From Trichinella spiralis (taxonomy: Eukaryota), in the NCBI RefSeq assembly GCF_000181795.1, contig NW_003526943.1:4553228-4617227 (forward strand): DNA of 64,000 nt, read 5' to 3'. Made by a program: the position numbers and the translations under genes. Shown here piece by piece: positions 1 to 13,601 of this stretch (position 1 is the first letter of the stretch; each line of letters begins with the position of its first letter). The notes beneath the pieces are model-generated. The model made no database searches. It was not told the DNA's origin and worked only from the letters and a program-made list of their open reading frames with translations.

Positions 1-3000
1 GTGATATTTCAATTTTATCATACCCCTCATCATACATTGCCATTCAAATAAAACGAATATTATTAAGTTTATAAAAGTAAATTTTTACAACAATCAAAAA
101 TCTTTTTTCTTTCAGATAATCCACTTTGTGATTATCACTTTTTTTACCATTGGTTTTTTCCAACTCAATTACTACGGTGAATTTATGAAATATTGATCTT
201 CTGAAAAGTCGATTTGCTTAAAATAATTGACAAACAATAATGAAATATCCACTGAATTTAATTCATTCGTTCGCTTATTTTCTTGAAATGAAATATTCAT
301 CACCTGTATGGCAATTTATTTATGAATGCAAAACCGAATTAGAACCTATTTTGAATTTATTCATTAATTAATTACAAAATTACAACTTCCAGTTCATTAT
401 AATGAGGTAATGTTCATTTATGTAATTACAATTTATGACGTCTTTTTTTTCTTTTTATGTTTTTTCCAAGAATTATTGCAAACATATTTAAATTTGTGCA
501 ATGAAACTTTTTCACTTCCAAATCAATCCTTCATATTAACTTGATGTCAAAAGTACACGCGTAACACAGCAATCAGCGATATTGGGTAATTGAGAAAAAC
601 GTTCAAAGCAAAATTATTCACAATTATTTATTATTAATTTTTTTACATAGAAAATAAAATGTTGTTTCATCATGCAATATTAGAACACAGAAATTACAGA
701 ATAACATTATGCATTTTTTTATCGACTTTTCCATATATATTGTACTGTATCAATAAAAAAATTAAATTATTTTTTTGTTTTAATTTTTAAAGAATTTTTA
801 TTGTAGAAAAGTGATCTTTGAAAAGATCACTCACGATACTGTGCATGAATAGTTAATTTTATAATTTGGCATTTTTTTCCTAAAAGAACAGCACAACAAT
901 TAATATTTAAACTTATATTCTTGATTATATTTGCAATTTTAAAGTTGATGTAATGTCTTTTTTTATTTTATGATCAGTGTTGAAATTTGTCCAACAAAAC
1001 AAATGATTAAATCGTATTATTTGCTATTTTTAAATATGATTTTTTATTAAATTTGCTATCAAAAAACTTGCTTCAAGTTTTTATTGTGAACGATTTAAAA
1101 CAATTTATACGTATGCAATTGCATGATTATTAGTTTTAAATCTGAGGTGAATTTTGTTTTTTTTTTGTTTATTTTTAATATTATTGCATTGATATATTAA
1201 TAAATGAAAAAACTGAATGTATGTTTTATTTTGAAAATTTCAAGGTAGATACAAAATTTAATAAATATTTGCTTTATTATCATATATTTTATTTTATATT
1301 ATATACTTATTTTTTTAATTCAGTTTAAAATTTTATTAATTTATTTAATGCAATGAAAAAGCTGAAAAAAATTATTTGTAAACTGAAATTTGAAGTTTTG
1401 AATGCCAAAATTTAAATATATCTCAATAAATAAATTACCATTGAATAAAATACTGTTTTTTGAAAGTAAAATAAAAACTGTCTTATTTTTGTAAATCATT
1501 TTGAAATAAAAAATTATGATTCAAAAGTGTTGTTTTCCAATAACATTATTGGATTTTATTTGGATTATTATTCATAACTGTTTTTAGACTAATGTAAGTT
1601 CAAATTTCTCATTGATATCATAGCTACAAATTCTTTCAAAAATGTTTTAAAATGGCTTCTACTTGCTTATTCATTCTTTTCTTGTCTGAATAAATTTGTT
1701 AGCTTTGCACAAATTTACATTTTTACACCTGAGACTTTAATATTAGTATGCTTGTTGCGTTTAACATTTGTACTTATATAATTTTATGTATATCTATCTT
1801 GTTTCACATCATCAATAAAAAAATTAGCTCAATTTACTATGCATTTATAATCTTTGCATATTTCAGTTAATTGCATCTTTTCCTGTGTGATCTGGAGATT
1901 CACCATGAAAGACTGATTTTAAAATCTTGCTGTATCAAGTATTTAGCAAACTTATAGTTTTCAATGAATTACAGTCAGGAATTTTTAGGTCACAATTGTT
2001 AAGCTTTTGATGCTTGTTGGCAAAATTATGATTATGGCAGATGAATATGGTAAGATGATAAAGTTCTTATCCAATTTGCTGCAAAAGAAAGGAAAACTTG
2101 ATTATGGCTGTTCAGTTTAGCTTAACATGCATCCAGCTTTACAGATATTCACTTTCGGTTTCTAATACATTTTAATTGTACGTGTAATTCAGATGTACCA
2201 CAATTATCGAAATGATGCATAAATAAGTTATTGCTATTTAAAAACTACCACCCTGTCATTTTTTGCATAATTAATGCAACGCATTAGACTTACTTTGTCT
2301 TTTTGTTATTGCGCATGTTTGTCAATGATTTCAAAGAAAACGACTTATCTTACTGTTTTATTGTTAATATGTACAACTTTGTTGAAATTTGATCTTTTCA
2401 TCTCATGAAATGCAGAAGAGGTGCAAAATAGTATTCATATATTACTTTTAGATGTTAACATCATTATAAAAAATACGCATAACAAAATGAATAAAATTTA
2501 TTTCATTTTTTATTATTTCTGAAACTTTCAAGCACTTCATATTCATAGATTATATGAATGTTCAACTCATGATTTCGGTAACTGTTTTACTCTGAAACTT
2601 TTTAAATTTAAATTATCAAAGCACTGAAAAAATAAATTAATACCAAAAAGAAAGATAAGAATCATTGCTGTTTAAAAGTGAATTTGTTCGTTATTCAAAT
2701 GTCTTAATTAATAAATAAAATGGTAATAAATAATCACGAAATGCCTCCTGGTATGACAAATTTCATGCATTAATATTTTTTAATAAATATAAATCTTTTT
2801 ATCAATTTTGGCTTTTATCAATGAATAAAGATTTTGCTTGAAAATGTGCTCATCTTCAAATTTTAACTTAAATGTAGGAATGTAAAACTTTAAACTTCAA
2901 AGAAATTTTTTCAAAGTTTAAATTGAGAAAAATTTATTTTGAAAACTTCTTTAAGAAGAAAATTTTTCACTTGAAGGAATCATATTGCTTGAAAAAAAGG

Positions 3001-4156
3001 AATTACGTTGCTCCATTAAATTTTATAAAATTAAAAACTTTATGAGTGTTTAAAATTCCCCGCTGCGGCCAGCCCCTGGAGCGTCAAGCACATTGGGCGT
3101 GCTGCGCAGCTGCATCAGTCCAGGTTGTTATACCATATCAAATTTTGCCCACGTTTTCAGCCAGTTTTCCTGCATGTGAGGGCCAGACCGTGTGTTGCGA
3201 TATGCATAAAGTAATGATCAATAAGCATGACAATGTGCAACAGTTGAATGGGAACGGGCATATGAGGTAAATGGAGTTGGGAGCAAAGTGCCGAAGTTGC
3301 CGCGCCTTCGACAGTAGAACAATAGGAATGGAATTACGACCAATGCATAACATGCGACTGATTTGTCTGGGCTCTGTAAAAACGAGTCCAAGTTCAAGAA
3401 AAGATAGATGTAATGGTAATTGATGGAAGAAGAAGAAAATGCTGTGATGGTGCTATTTCAACTGTTCGCTTCTCGTTGTTGTTTCTGTTGCTTTTATTCG
3501 TCAAATAAAATCCCACATATACTTACTGTTTGCTCACTGTGCATAAAGCATTAGTTGGCTTGAAGAAGACCATCAACGTTCCGCTCGAATCTCCCGCTGA
3601 TTCTGTATCGTGATGAGAACTTTAGATCAGATCCAGTTGAAATTCACAAAAAAGTTTCGTAGTAAATCACTGATTTAAAAACAATGCAATTTAAAATGTC
3701 TTCTAAATAAATTTTAAACTTAATGCCCTCACTTTTTTATTCTAATATTGCCTGAGCACGTTTATATCACAAATGGCCTCTGTTGATACTGATGCTCAGG
3801 TTCTGTGAATTGACAAATCCCCTGTCAAATGAGAACTAGTAAACTGTATGTTTCTCTTCCGAGCCCTCTAATTCTATACTGGCTACCCGATAGCAATCAC
3901 TCGCGTTCTCAAACAAGTGCGTTAAAGTGTGGCGGCGACAAGAAATTGTACCTGCTGATCACATTGACCTGATTTGTGTAGGGCGGCTACCGTATGGGAC
4001 GCTGACACAGGAAAGTTCACTTGATAAGAAAATGAGGCGTTGGTTGGTTGGTCGTTTCCGGTGTTTGTATAAGTGCTTATAGTTGTTCATATACCGTTGT
4101 ATTTATTGTGTCGTGTTTTTGCTTGTCTTGTACAATAAACACTGAACTGATTGTGA

Positions 4157-4806
4157 TGTTGCGATCTAACCAAGCGCCCAACGGCGCTGCAAAAGCAAAT
4201 TCAGTTGATTAACCGCACTGTTTATTAAAGACAAGAACAGGGGGCAATACAAGCTTCACACAAGATCGTAACGCTACAGCTTTACCACAATGTTAGAACA
4301 CACGATATATTTCATAGACACTGAACTCTTCACTGCTTCACTCCAACATCGTATGCACAACTGACTCCATTTTTCAAACTGATTCACGGCGTTTCCATGT
4401 CCATATATATAGCACCCTGAGATTAGCGGCTTGGCGTGAGGCCCGTGCAATTTGAGCGCTGATCTAGGTTCTGTCAGGCTGCCGATGATCCTCAGAAGCT
4501 TTGCTCACTGGCCCTTCAGTGGTTTCAACACTGTCTGATATCACCATCATCTGCCGCTGCTCCTCTTTGTGGAGTCCTCAGGGTGACACGCCATTAGGGT
4601 TGCTCCCACCAGCGACCGTTGTTTTCTAAACAACCAGGTGAATCCCTTGCGCAGCAGGGCCTCGCCCTGACCCAGACAGCGGTTACCAGATTTCCGCGAT
4701 AGTGAACTTCAGGGCAGTGGGTCTGCTGTATCTCTGCCCTGACCGCTCCTTGTGCACGCTGACGAGGTCGGCGCCGTTTCCTCCAGAACAAACGTTTCTT
4801 GCAACG
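4157..4806 (-). mobile_element. Probable solo LTR, possibly inserted into another LTR-like stretch beginning at ~3781
   Basis: GC-rich island with imperfect inverted termini TGTTGCGA...TTGCAACG. The minus strand has a TATATATA (~4404-4410) followed by AATAAA (~4221-4226). No clean TSD and no coding remnant seen. Confidence 0.35.
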
Positions 4807-5192
4807 CTGTACACACACACCATGCAAATTCAGTTATTTCTGTGACCATTTTAGTAATCCTTGATTTCTATTATTTCAGTTTTGATTAAAATATCATGAA
4901 ACATTATAAAATATTCATTTATTAAAACTTGAAAATATTTCAAAAATTTTGTCCATCAAATTTAACATGGAAATAGGATGACAGGAAAAATAGATTATTA
5001 GGAATGCTTTCATTAATGTTTCAAAATATATATAGATATATATACAAATGCATATACGAAACAAGTAGTATTTTTAGCTTTGTAAACTATTATAAAAAGG
5101 ATAGCTGTATAAAATATAAAATTACGAAATGCACGTTACAGTAAGTGAATTACAATGCTAAAAATTTACCAGTTCTATTATACTTGTAAATT

Positions 5193-6041
5193 TAGTGCAC
5201 TCGTCATCTGAGCATGCCGTTTTTTACAAGTCGTTCAGATAACTGAATTTTCAGACAGTCGGACGTTTTCAATTAATTTTTAAAATGTACATACATAATT
5301 GAAGAGTTTACAGCTGTCATCTATAATACGACGCGGAATAGCAGACATTCCATTTATTATGCGACGTTATTTGCCCTTTAGTTGCTTAAATTGCTTGCAG
5401 CGTTTATTAATACGGTCGATTACAATCTTAAGCAATACATTCAAAAAGCATCAGGTTTACTTTGTGTCATATTTCTTATAATCTGTAATAAGTTTCTGTT
5501 TGAACGAAGATGGCTTTTTATGTGTAGCGGCATCGAGAATATGAGCCATTACCATCAGCTGAGTAGCACTGAATTCTTTCTGATGCTCTATTTACTTTAG
5601 GCTGACTTTGAGGCAAGAATAAGCTTTTAAATGGCTCGACCCTTCATTTGGTTCACCAGACACATCGACCTTATTATTTTTATGCTTTTTCCACTGCTTC
5701 AAATATTTCATTGTCACTTAACGTTCCAAATAATGGGGCATCATTAATGGTTAGCAACTGTTTGACTTTGTCCCGTGATAACTTAAAATTTCTGAACTTT
5801 TCTGTTTCGGCTATGTAGTTAACAGCACTGTCTGTTGATGGGTTTACACATTTTTCATTGTAACCAAGGAGTTCATTGCATGATACGCGTAAAGTAGATC
5901 CTGAAATTGAGTACCAAGATTCCGCAATCATGTATCAGCTATTTTTCAAAGTTACGTTCCTAAAATCTAACACCAGATATTCCAACCAGTCTGCCAAAAT
6001 GTGTTCATATAATCAGCGTTCAGATAACTGGAGTTCCACTG
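5193..6041 (-). mobile_element. Internally deleted Tigger/pogo-like DNA transposon, copy 1
   Basis: The right end reads CAGTGGAACTCCAGTTATCTGAAC on the minus strand and is flanked by TA (6042-6043). A degenerate matching end lies at ~5193. The transposase C-terminal remnant is ORF 5680-5931 (MIAESWYSISGSTLRVS...LSDNEIFEAV). The copy is colinear with copy 2. Confidence 0.7.
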
Positions 6042-6659
6042 TACTCTTGTCTAGTAAAATTTGTGTTGATTTCGTGATTTTAATGCCTGATCAGTTTCTT
6101 CTTTTAGCATTTCTTTTACACTCTTTACGTGTGAGTTTGCAGCCTGATGTGAGACTCCTCTGAACTTCCTTCCGTATTAATTAATGTAAAAAATGTAATT
6201 AGGTTTTTGTGAATCATATTAAAAGGCAGTGAAACTTGAAAAATACAAAAATTAAATATTAAATGAAAGGAAAAATTATTTGATTAAAAAGCAATTTGTG
6301 TAATGTTTGTTTTTTTTCAGGATTTGTAATCAAGTGTTCAGGTAACAAAAAAATATATATATCAAAACCCAACAATAAGATATTATTAACGTTGCAGAAC
6401 AGTGATGTAGTATGGATAACTACTACCAATTAAGTAGTTTGGCATTATTATAAAGAATCGGCTCTTCCATTTCCTTGTCTAAGTGAACTATGTCTTAATA
6501 GTTCAGTCATTCTTCTTTGAGTGACTGACCTATATATCAGTAGTTCACTTAGTGTTGCTTGGGTGGATGAACTACATTGAAGTAGTTCGGATACCCTTCT
6601 AAATGGATGAGTCAAATTTTTGTGTTGGGGATCAGTAATGATTCCCTTTAAAACCCAAA

Positions 6660-8507
6660 AGGTTTTGATTATCTAAATGTGTTTTTTTAAGAATGTTTGG
6701 ATAATCGTATTTTAATACTTAAAATCTGAAATCTTTACAGTTGAAGTTTCATAGATGGCATGCAAAATAAGCTGCTGTTTAGTAGACATTTTGTTTATTA
6801 AGTGTTTACCAAAATTACATGCAGCATTTATTAACGTGGTCGATATAATTTTCAGCGTTACATTCAAAAAGCACCTGGTTTGGTTTGTGTCACATTCTAT
6901 AACTTTTGGTTTGAACGAAGAGAGCTTCTCATCTGTAGCGGCATCAAGAATATGTGTTATTAGCACCAACTGAGTAGCACTGAATTTTTTCTGATGCTCC
7001 ATTTACTTTAAGCTGACTTTGAGGCCAGAATGGGTTTTTGAATGGCACAGCCCTTTATTTGGTTCATCAGACACATCGACCTCTTTATTTTCATCTTTTT
7101 CCGCTGTTTCAAATATTTCATTGCCACTTAATATTCCAAAAACAATCATTGGTTAGCAACTGTTCAACTTCATCCGGGGATAACTCAGAATTTTTGAATA
7201 TTTCTATTACTGCTCTACAGTCATCATCACTATCAGTTGATTGGTTTACACCAGCGTTTCTCAACAGTTTTATTTTCTCAGAACCCTAAATGTAACTTTT
7301 TTGTCTTGCAGAACTCCTGTATAATTTTTAAAATGCTGTTTTCTTTTTTAATAACTTAAAGCTCATAAGGCATACATAATATATGTTCTAATAAGCTGGT
7401 TGAGCTGAAATAAATAATGATTACTACAGTAAGATGGCAACGAATGGCAGATAATAGCTACTAGAATTGCTCATTGTTTATTGGTAGCGTTTATAGGGCA
7501 AAGCATTGTGTCATATGAATAAATATATGGGTCAACTGGATGTTGTTTTCGAAACTGATTTGTATAAAATTACTTGATCTCTACTGTGGTTGTTTCTCTC
7601 GTATTTTTGAACACAAATGCTTTATTTCTTCTCAGCTGAATTTTCGATAAACAAATTCACATTTCATTTTCAACCGACAATGGGTGATTTCCGTCTTTGT
7701 TTCTGATACTTGCTAATGTAAAAATTGTTGCTCACACATGTAGAAAGTGAAAAACTGTAGCAATATATTAATTGCTTTCTTATGAATTGCAGGATACTTC
7801 TGTTTCACAGAAATTCAGGAACTGTCGACAGAGAAATCAGTAAATCTCATCTTAAGAGTACGACAATCATACTGCAGCTGTCAAAGTTCTATAGTTAATC
7901 TTTTGTTAAAGTCAAATTTTTCAAGTGAATTTTGAATAAAAATTGAAAGCTACTGTAAAAATGAATGGAACTCAGTAAATTCGAGAAGCAGTAGTTCCCA
8001 CCAAACTTTCTTACAAAGGAAAAAATTATAAGTAGATTCTTTGATCCTGAGTGTCACATCGTTGGTAGTGTGCAAAGTGCCTGGACTTATCCTCAGACAA
8101 TTTGTACTTGTGGCAATATTTCGCAAAACCCCGTTTAAGAAACGCTGGTTTACACATTCTTCATTGTAACCAAGAATTTTTTTCCATGATACGCGAAAAG
8201 TAGATCCTAAAATCGAGTTCAACGCTGGTGCAATCATATAGCAACAATCTTCCAAATTTATGTTCTTAAGTTGCGACACCCTATAGTCTGCGTCAGCTTC
8301 TGAAAGGACAGTTTTTCGCAAGAGTTCTTTTTTATACCGCTTTTTTAAAACTTTAAATAGCAGTTTGATCCATTGGCTGAACAAGCGACGTTGTATTAAT
8401 TAAGTAAAACACAATCTTGATCAAATCTGAAGTCTGAGTTTAATGTTCATAAACAATGCATTCTGATCAGCCAACCATAATGTGTTCAGATTATTGGAGC
8501 TCCATTA
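6660..8507 (-). mobile_element. Internally deleted Tigger/pogo-like DNA transposon, copy 2, interrupted by a hAT element (left boundary approximate)
   Basis: 6737-7250 matches 5309-5850, and 8148-8290 matches 5840-5990. The minus strand encodes a broken DDE_1-type segment LVQPMDQ...KKRYKKELLRK...INLEDCCYMIAPALNSI...SWKKIL. The right end GTTCAGATTATTGGAGCTCCATTA-TA resembles the copy 1 end. Confidence 0.75.
7252..8147 (-). mobile_element. Non-autonomous hAT (Charlie/Buster-like) element, 896 bp
   Basis: TIRs are CAGCGTTTCTCAAC and GTTTAAGAAACGCTG. There is a perfect 8-bp TSD GTTTACAC (7244-7251, 8148-8155) with central TA. The minus strand at ~7700-7800 encodes YPAIHKKAINILLQFFTFYMCEQ, a hAT C-terminal dimerisation-type motif. 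Confidence 0.9.
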
Positions 8508-11500
8508 TATGGAAAACTATCCGGTGAATGATTTTTTATTCAACTTAAAACAACTTATTAGCTTAGATATGACGTAAAAACATTCTTTCTTGTTTTTAAT
8601 TAGATAGGCAGCACATAATAATCAAGTTTCGCGTTCAATGTTTGTTTAAACTTCTCTTCCATTTGATCAAACTTATTTTATATTTAATTAGTTCCTTGAG
8701 TCTTCATTCACAATTTCATACACTGGATATTTCTTTTTTTATTAAGCCGGTTTATCTTAAATCACATTATTAAATTTTTAAATCATTCAGATTAAATGTG
8801 ATGCAGTAAATAAATTGGTTTTGATTAAAATGATCGTAAATAAAATTGAGTTTACAAATAAAATGAAAATTATTATAAACATGTGTAATCAATGTGAAGC
8901 AAAGCAGCAATAACACTTCTGTTAGTAATATAATTATTGCATGTTTGTCAATATATTTTTTAATTTTTTATTTCATTTACCATATAATAAACATTAAACA
9001 TCAGTGAAAAATTGAACACTGACAACCATGCTTATAGTCAAATGAACTGAAATTTTTCCAATAAAGATTTTCAAATTCAAATCTTAAATGCTTTAAATTT
9101 GAATATTTATGTTTAATGGCTTGCTTATGCATATCATTCTGAAAAGCATTCTTATATGCAACTAATTCAAAAGATTTTCTTGAACTTTTTGAGATTAGCT
9201 TGCCGCCACACCAAATAGAGGATATGATAATTGCTTTTTTAAATTGAAATATTGCTATTCTATTATTACTTGCTATTCTATTACTATTTAGTATCACTTA
9301 AGTTTGCGTTGAATAATCAAAGATAACAATCAATAATTCACTTATATTTTTTTATTTATTTGTATTATTTAGCATTAACAAATTAGCAATGCAAACTGTA
9401 ATGATGCCATTCATTCAAGTCCGTTCAGTTCTAAGAAATATGTATTTTATGTTACATTGCTATACAAAACTGTTGTCCACTTTTAAACTCATAGAAAATT
9501 TTTTTTCTCAATTACATGATAAAAATATTATAAAAGTGATAATAATAAGGCGTTTATCAGGTGTCAGGGCATTTGAAAGTTTCAGATAAATGAAAATAAA
9601 AATTAGTTTTTATCATGCTTTTCTAGACACTTTGAAAAAATAATATTGAACATAAATTTAAATAATAAGTGAATAAATGCGACAGCATAAATAGATAAAG
9701 TAGAAAATAGATATTTCTAGTAGATCTATGTAAAATAAGTTACAGTAAAAAGCCAAAAATAAAGACAGTCGTATATTTTGTCATTTGAAGGATAAAAAAT
9801 TCTCTATTTAACAACTTCCCATGGATATCTGGAATAAAGATATATTTATCTGAACATGTGACAGTGAAAATATATTGAAAATTTCATTACTGTCAAGTAA
9901 AAATAAATATTTTTTGTAAATTTTTTGTTTATGTGTATTAAAATTTTAAGGATACAAAAATGCATTCTTCAACAGTCAAAATCAGTGAACGAACAACTGA
10001 AACATTTTGATTGTCAATCTAATCGCATTTAGAATTTGTTCCGGTTTCTAAGGAAACATCATTCACTTTTATTAAAACATTGATATAAATAATTTTAACC
10101 CGCTATTTGCAAAGCGTGGTGGATAACTTTTACTAAAAAATTGATTTTCTCACTTTATTTTGAAATTAAATTTATTTAAGTTTATTATTTTAGCATAGGC
10201 GGTTTCAGAAAGCGTTTTATCAAAACAAAGCAGATTTTGCTGAAGCATTTAGAAATGAGGCGGTGCAGTTCATATTTATAAGTAAGAATGTTTTGTGTAT
10301 TTAATAATAGTAATATCGTATTTTTAAATACGGCTGCGCATATGTTGTATGCCTTTGAGTAATGACTGCAATATTTAATTGACATTACTTATATTGCGTA
10401 AATAGGACTGTGTTCCAAGCTTAATAATTTTATGCATGAGCAACATATGATGTGATGATACGTAGAATACACAATCCTTTACGTTAGTGTATTTTTTTTC
10501 ATACAAATTGATAATAATGCAATTGTCCATATAAAGTAAGCATTGCCGATTTATTTATTTTTGGCTTTTTGACAGTTGATTTTCAATAATAAAATGACGC
10601 TGAAAAATTTCATTTGCATGATCAGCTCTTTAGACAGCCCTAATTACTTTCCAAGCTCTTATGAAAAGGAATTTTCTCTACTTTGTCGAACTAAATGGTT
10701 TTTTCTTATTTTTGCTTGCAATATAAATATTTTATAAATTTTTTTGTCTTAAATTGTTACAAATTCTGCTGCCTCGCTGTACATATATATACAAATACAT
10801 TCAATAAATGCAAATTAAAGATAAATTTAAATTGCATGCATTTGAGATTTAAACGAATTCAGATTTGAATATTGAAACATTTTTATTAAAAAATTATCTA
10901 ATATGAAAATGAAACAGACAAATGTTTACAAATAAGAATGGGAAAATAATAAATTTTCACGCTACATTTGTTTTATATTAGCTGAAAAGTTTAAATATCC
11001 TTTAATTCAATTTACATGGCATAAAATATCAGATGTGGCATCTTCTTAAATAATTTATTAAATTCATTTATCAGAAAATACATCAAATCTATGAATTTAT
11101 ATCAGATATTTATATTCAGTTTATAAAATACAATCTATTAACAGTTTAAATTTCATGATAATCAAGCTATGATAAACAGAACATTTTTTATCAAAATGTA
11201 CCAATCATATTTCATCGATCAACATTCATGTATTGAAAATCACTAAAAGGTAATATCAATATTGATATCTTTTCGTGAAAAAGCAGACCAATTTTCAATA
11301 ACATTTCTCATCAGCAAAATGCTTCATACTGCTATTTCTTCTTCTATTTAAAAGTTCGTTTTAAAGCTTATATATTTTTTCTTATATGTGTATATAAAGC
11401 TTATGCACAATATTTATATTAAGAAAAGCAATAAAAAAACTTTTTGCATTTTTATTTTATGACTATCATACTTACTGATAAAACTTTTATTGAAAAAGCA

Positions 11501-12401
11501 ACTTAAATGGAGACATGTAATTTAAAATTAAAAACTGATAAGCGCCGGAACCAATGAACTGAAACAATGATGCATTTTAATAACGGAATAGCTTTGTTTT
11601 TGTTATTAAGCATCCGAATATTTCATCCCTTGATAGGCAGTTCTCAAAGCAACTAAATAAGTATAAAATTATGACATGATGTATTTAATAGCATGCACAA
11701 TTTAGTGTAATTTATTAATAATTTTGATATACATTCTATAAAGACATACATTCTATTGGTGAATTCATGCAATGAGCGTTGTCCGAAAAGAAATTTTTTG
11801 CGCATTTTGACCTGCGCCCAGCACAAATTGTCTGTACATTGATTTTAATTTAAAAATAACAGTTAATATTAATATAATCGAATTTACTGATAAGCATAAC
11901 ATTCAAATAATTGCATATTAATTAACATGCATAAAGTAAGCATGTTTTATGACAGATGAAGCGCATCAAAGCATCTAAATGAATATAAAAAACGTATAGC
12001 AGTACTTTGATCATGCATTCAATATGAACTGCATGAAACTGCTTGCAAGTAATTTTTTAATGCCGAAAAATGAACTTTATACTAAATAAATAATGGAATT
12101 AACTACCACATAAATTAACCTATTAATATTAATTATTGTTACTTATTATAATTAATTATAATTTGAAAATAAAATGTCAGTGATGGACTTATGCAAACTT
12201 ACTTTCACTTACATTTATATATGATCATTCTGTTTGCTTGCAGTTCATTTTATACTGTACTTTATACTTTATTACTTTTTAAAACGCTTTAATTGCTTTG
12301 ATTTTTAAATCTTATTGCTTCATTTTTTGGTTCATTTAATGCTATTTTAGTTCTTTCGCATTGTTTTTTTAAGGAGCTGCAAGAAAACACTGCTTAAAAT
12401 C

Positions 12402-13601
12402 ATGAACGAAGTAAATGCTTCAAATGGTACTTCCATATCTGTTGTAAATCTTGCAGTGAAAGCTGGATTACTTGTGCCACTTTTTCTTTGGACAGCTGGG
12501 TCCAATTTCATCATATTGCTATCTATTTTATATTCCCATCGGTTACGCACAATGTCTAATTTGCTAATTTGCAGTTTGGTAGCCAGCGACTTTCTTTTAG
12601 GATCAATTGTACTGCCCATTAGTGCAACGTATGCTATTTTAGAATACTGGCCTTTTGGAAATATTGGTTGCACATTGTGGATCTCATCAGATGTTCTGCT
12701 GTGCTCTTCTTCAATATGGAATTTATGCACGGTTGCAGTCGATCGTTACGCATCTATCATTATGCCTGTTCGTTACATAAAACATCGTTCACCTCGAGTG
12801 GCAGCTGTTTTGATTTCTATAGTATGGGCGTTTGCTTCATTAGTTTCAATAGCTCCTCTATTTGGCCTATCAGGAGGAGAATATCAAGGTCGAATAGTGT
12901 TGGATGTTAATACCAATACTGTGCAGTGCCATTTAATTGATAATATGAGTTATGTCCTTTTCTCTGCTACTACATCATTTTACATTCCTCTCAGCATAAT
13001 AATCTTTTGTTATTTTAAAATATATAAAGCAATTATTCATCTGCTGCAGCGTCAAGAACGTCGCAAACATTTGACTGTAATGGCGGAAAACAGTCTAACT
13101 ACCAAATTTCGAAACAACTCTGTTTTTCCACTAGATACTGCGAAGGTAAATTCGGATGTTGATAAATCAAAAGCATGTACTGCAACTGAAGTACATTCTG
13201 TACCTCATAAGAGTGCCTCTAACTGTACGTTGCAAAGATTTAGTGATGATCAAGGAGTTTCTTATATCGGTTCAACTTATTTGAAATCTTCACTTCGTGA
13301 TAACAAGAACACCAGTTTGCAATCATCAAAAAAGTCCTACCGATACAAGCAGGCACTTTTACGTCAAAGAAGACATACTAAAATTTTGGGCATTGTTACG
13401 GGATGTTTCATAATTTGCTGGTTGCCATTTTTTGTAATTTACACTTTAAAAGGATTTAAGTTTGAAACCAATGAAACCTTTGAAACATTTTGTACTTGGT
13501 TAGGATATGCTAATTCAGCTTTAAATCCTTTAATTTATACATTTTTTAATGAAGAAATACGAAATGCTGTGGCAAATCTATTTTCTTGTAAATGCAAATA
13601 A
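12402..13601 (+). CDS. Biogenic amine class A GPCR (octopamine/tyramine/5-HT-like), single exon, 399 aa
   Basis: Seven hydrophobic segments. Motifs: TM2 SLVASD, WPFG..C, TM3 SDVLLCSSSIWNL with the amine-binding Asp3.32, DRY, TM5 SATTSFYIP, TM6 CWLPFF, TM7 WLGYANSALNPLIY. N-glycosylation sites at the N-terminus and C-terminal Cys residues. Confidence 0.93.
   Translation: MNEVNASNGTSISVVNLAVKAGLLVPLFLWTAGSNFIILLSILYSHRLRTMSNLLICSLVASDFLLGSIVLPISATYAILEYWPFGNIGCTLWISSDVLLCSSSIWNLCTVAVDRYASIIMPVRYIKHRSPRVAAVLISIVWAFASLVSIAPLFGLSGGEYQGRIVLDVNTNTVQCHLIDNMSYVLFSATTSFYIPLSIIIFCYFKIYKAIIHLLQRQERRKHLTVMAENSLTTKFRNNSVFPLDTAKVNSDVDKSKACTATEVHSVPHKSASNCTLQRFSDDQGVSYIGSTYLKSSLRDNKNTSLQSSKKSYRYKQALLRQRRHTKILGIVTGCFIICWLPFFVIYTLKGFKFETNETFETFCTWLGYANSALNPLIYTFFNEEIRNAVANLFSCKCK

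Noticed and set aside
7950..8384. 144-aa ORF as an intact gene
   Set aside because: A chimera of a Tigger transposase remnant reading into the hAT terminus.
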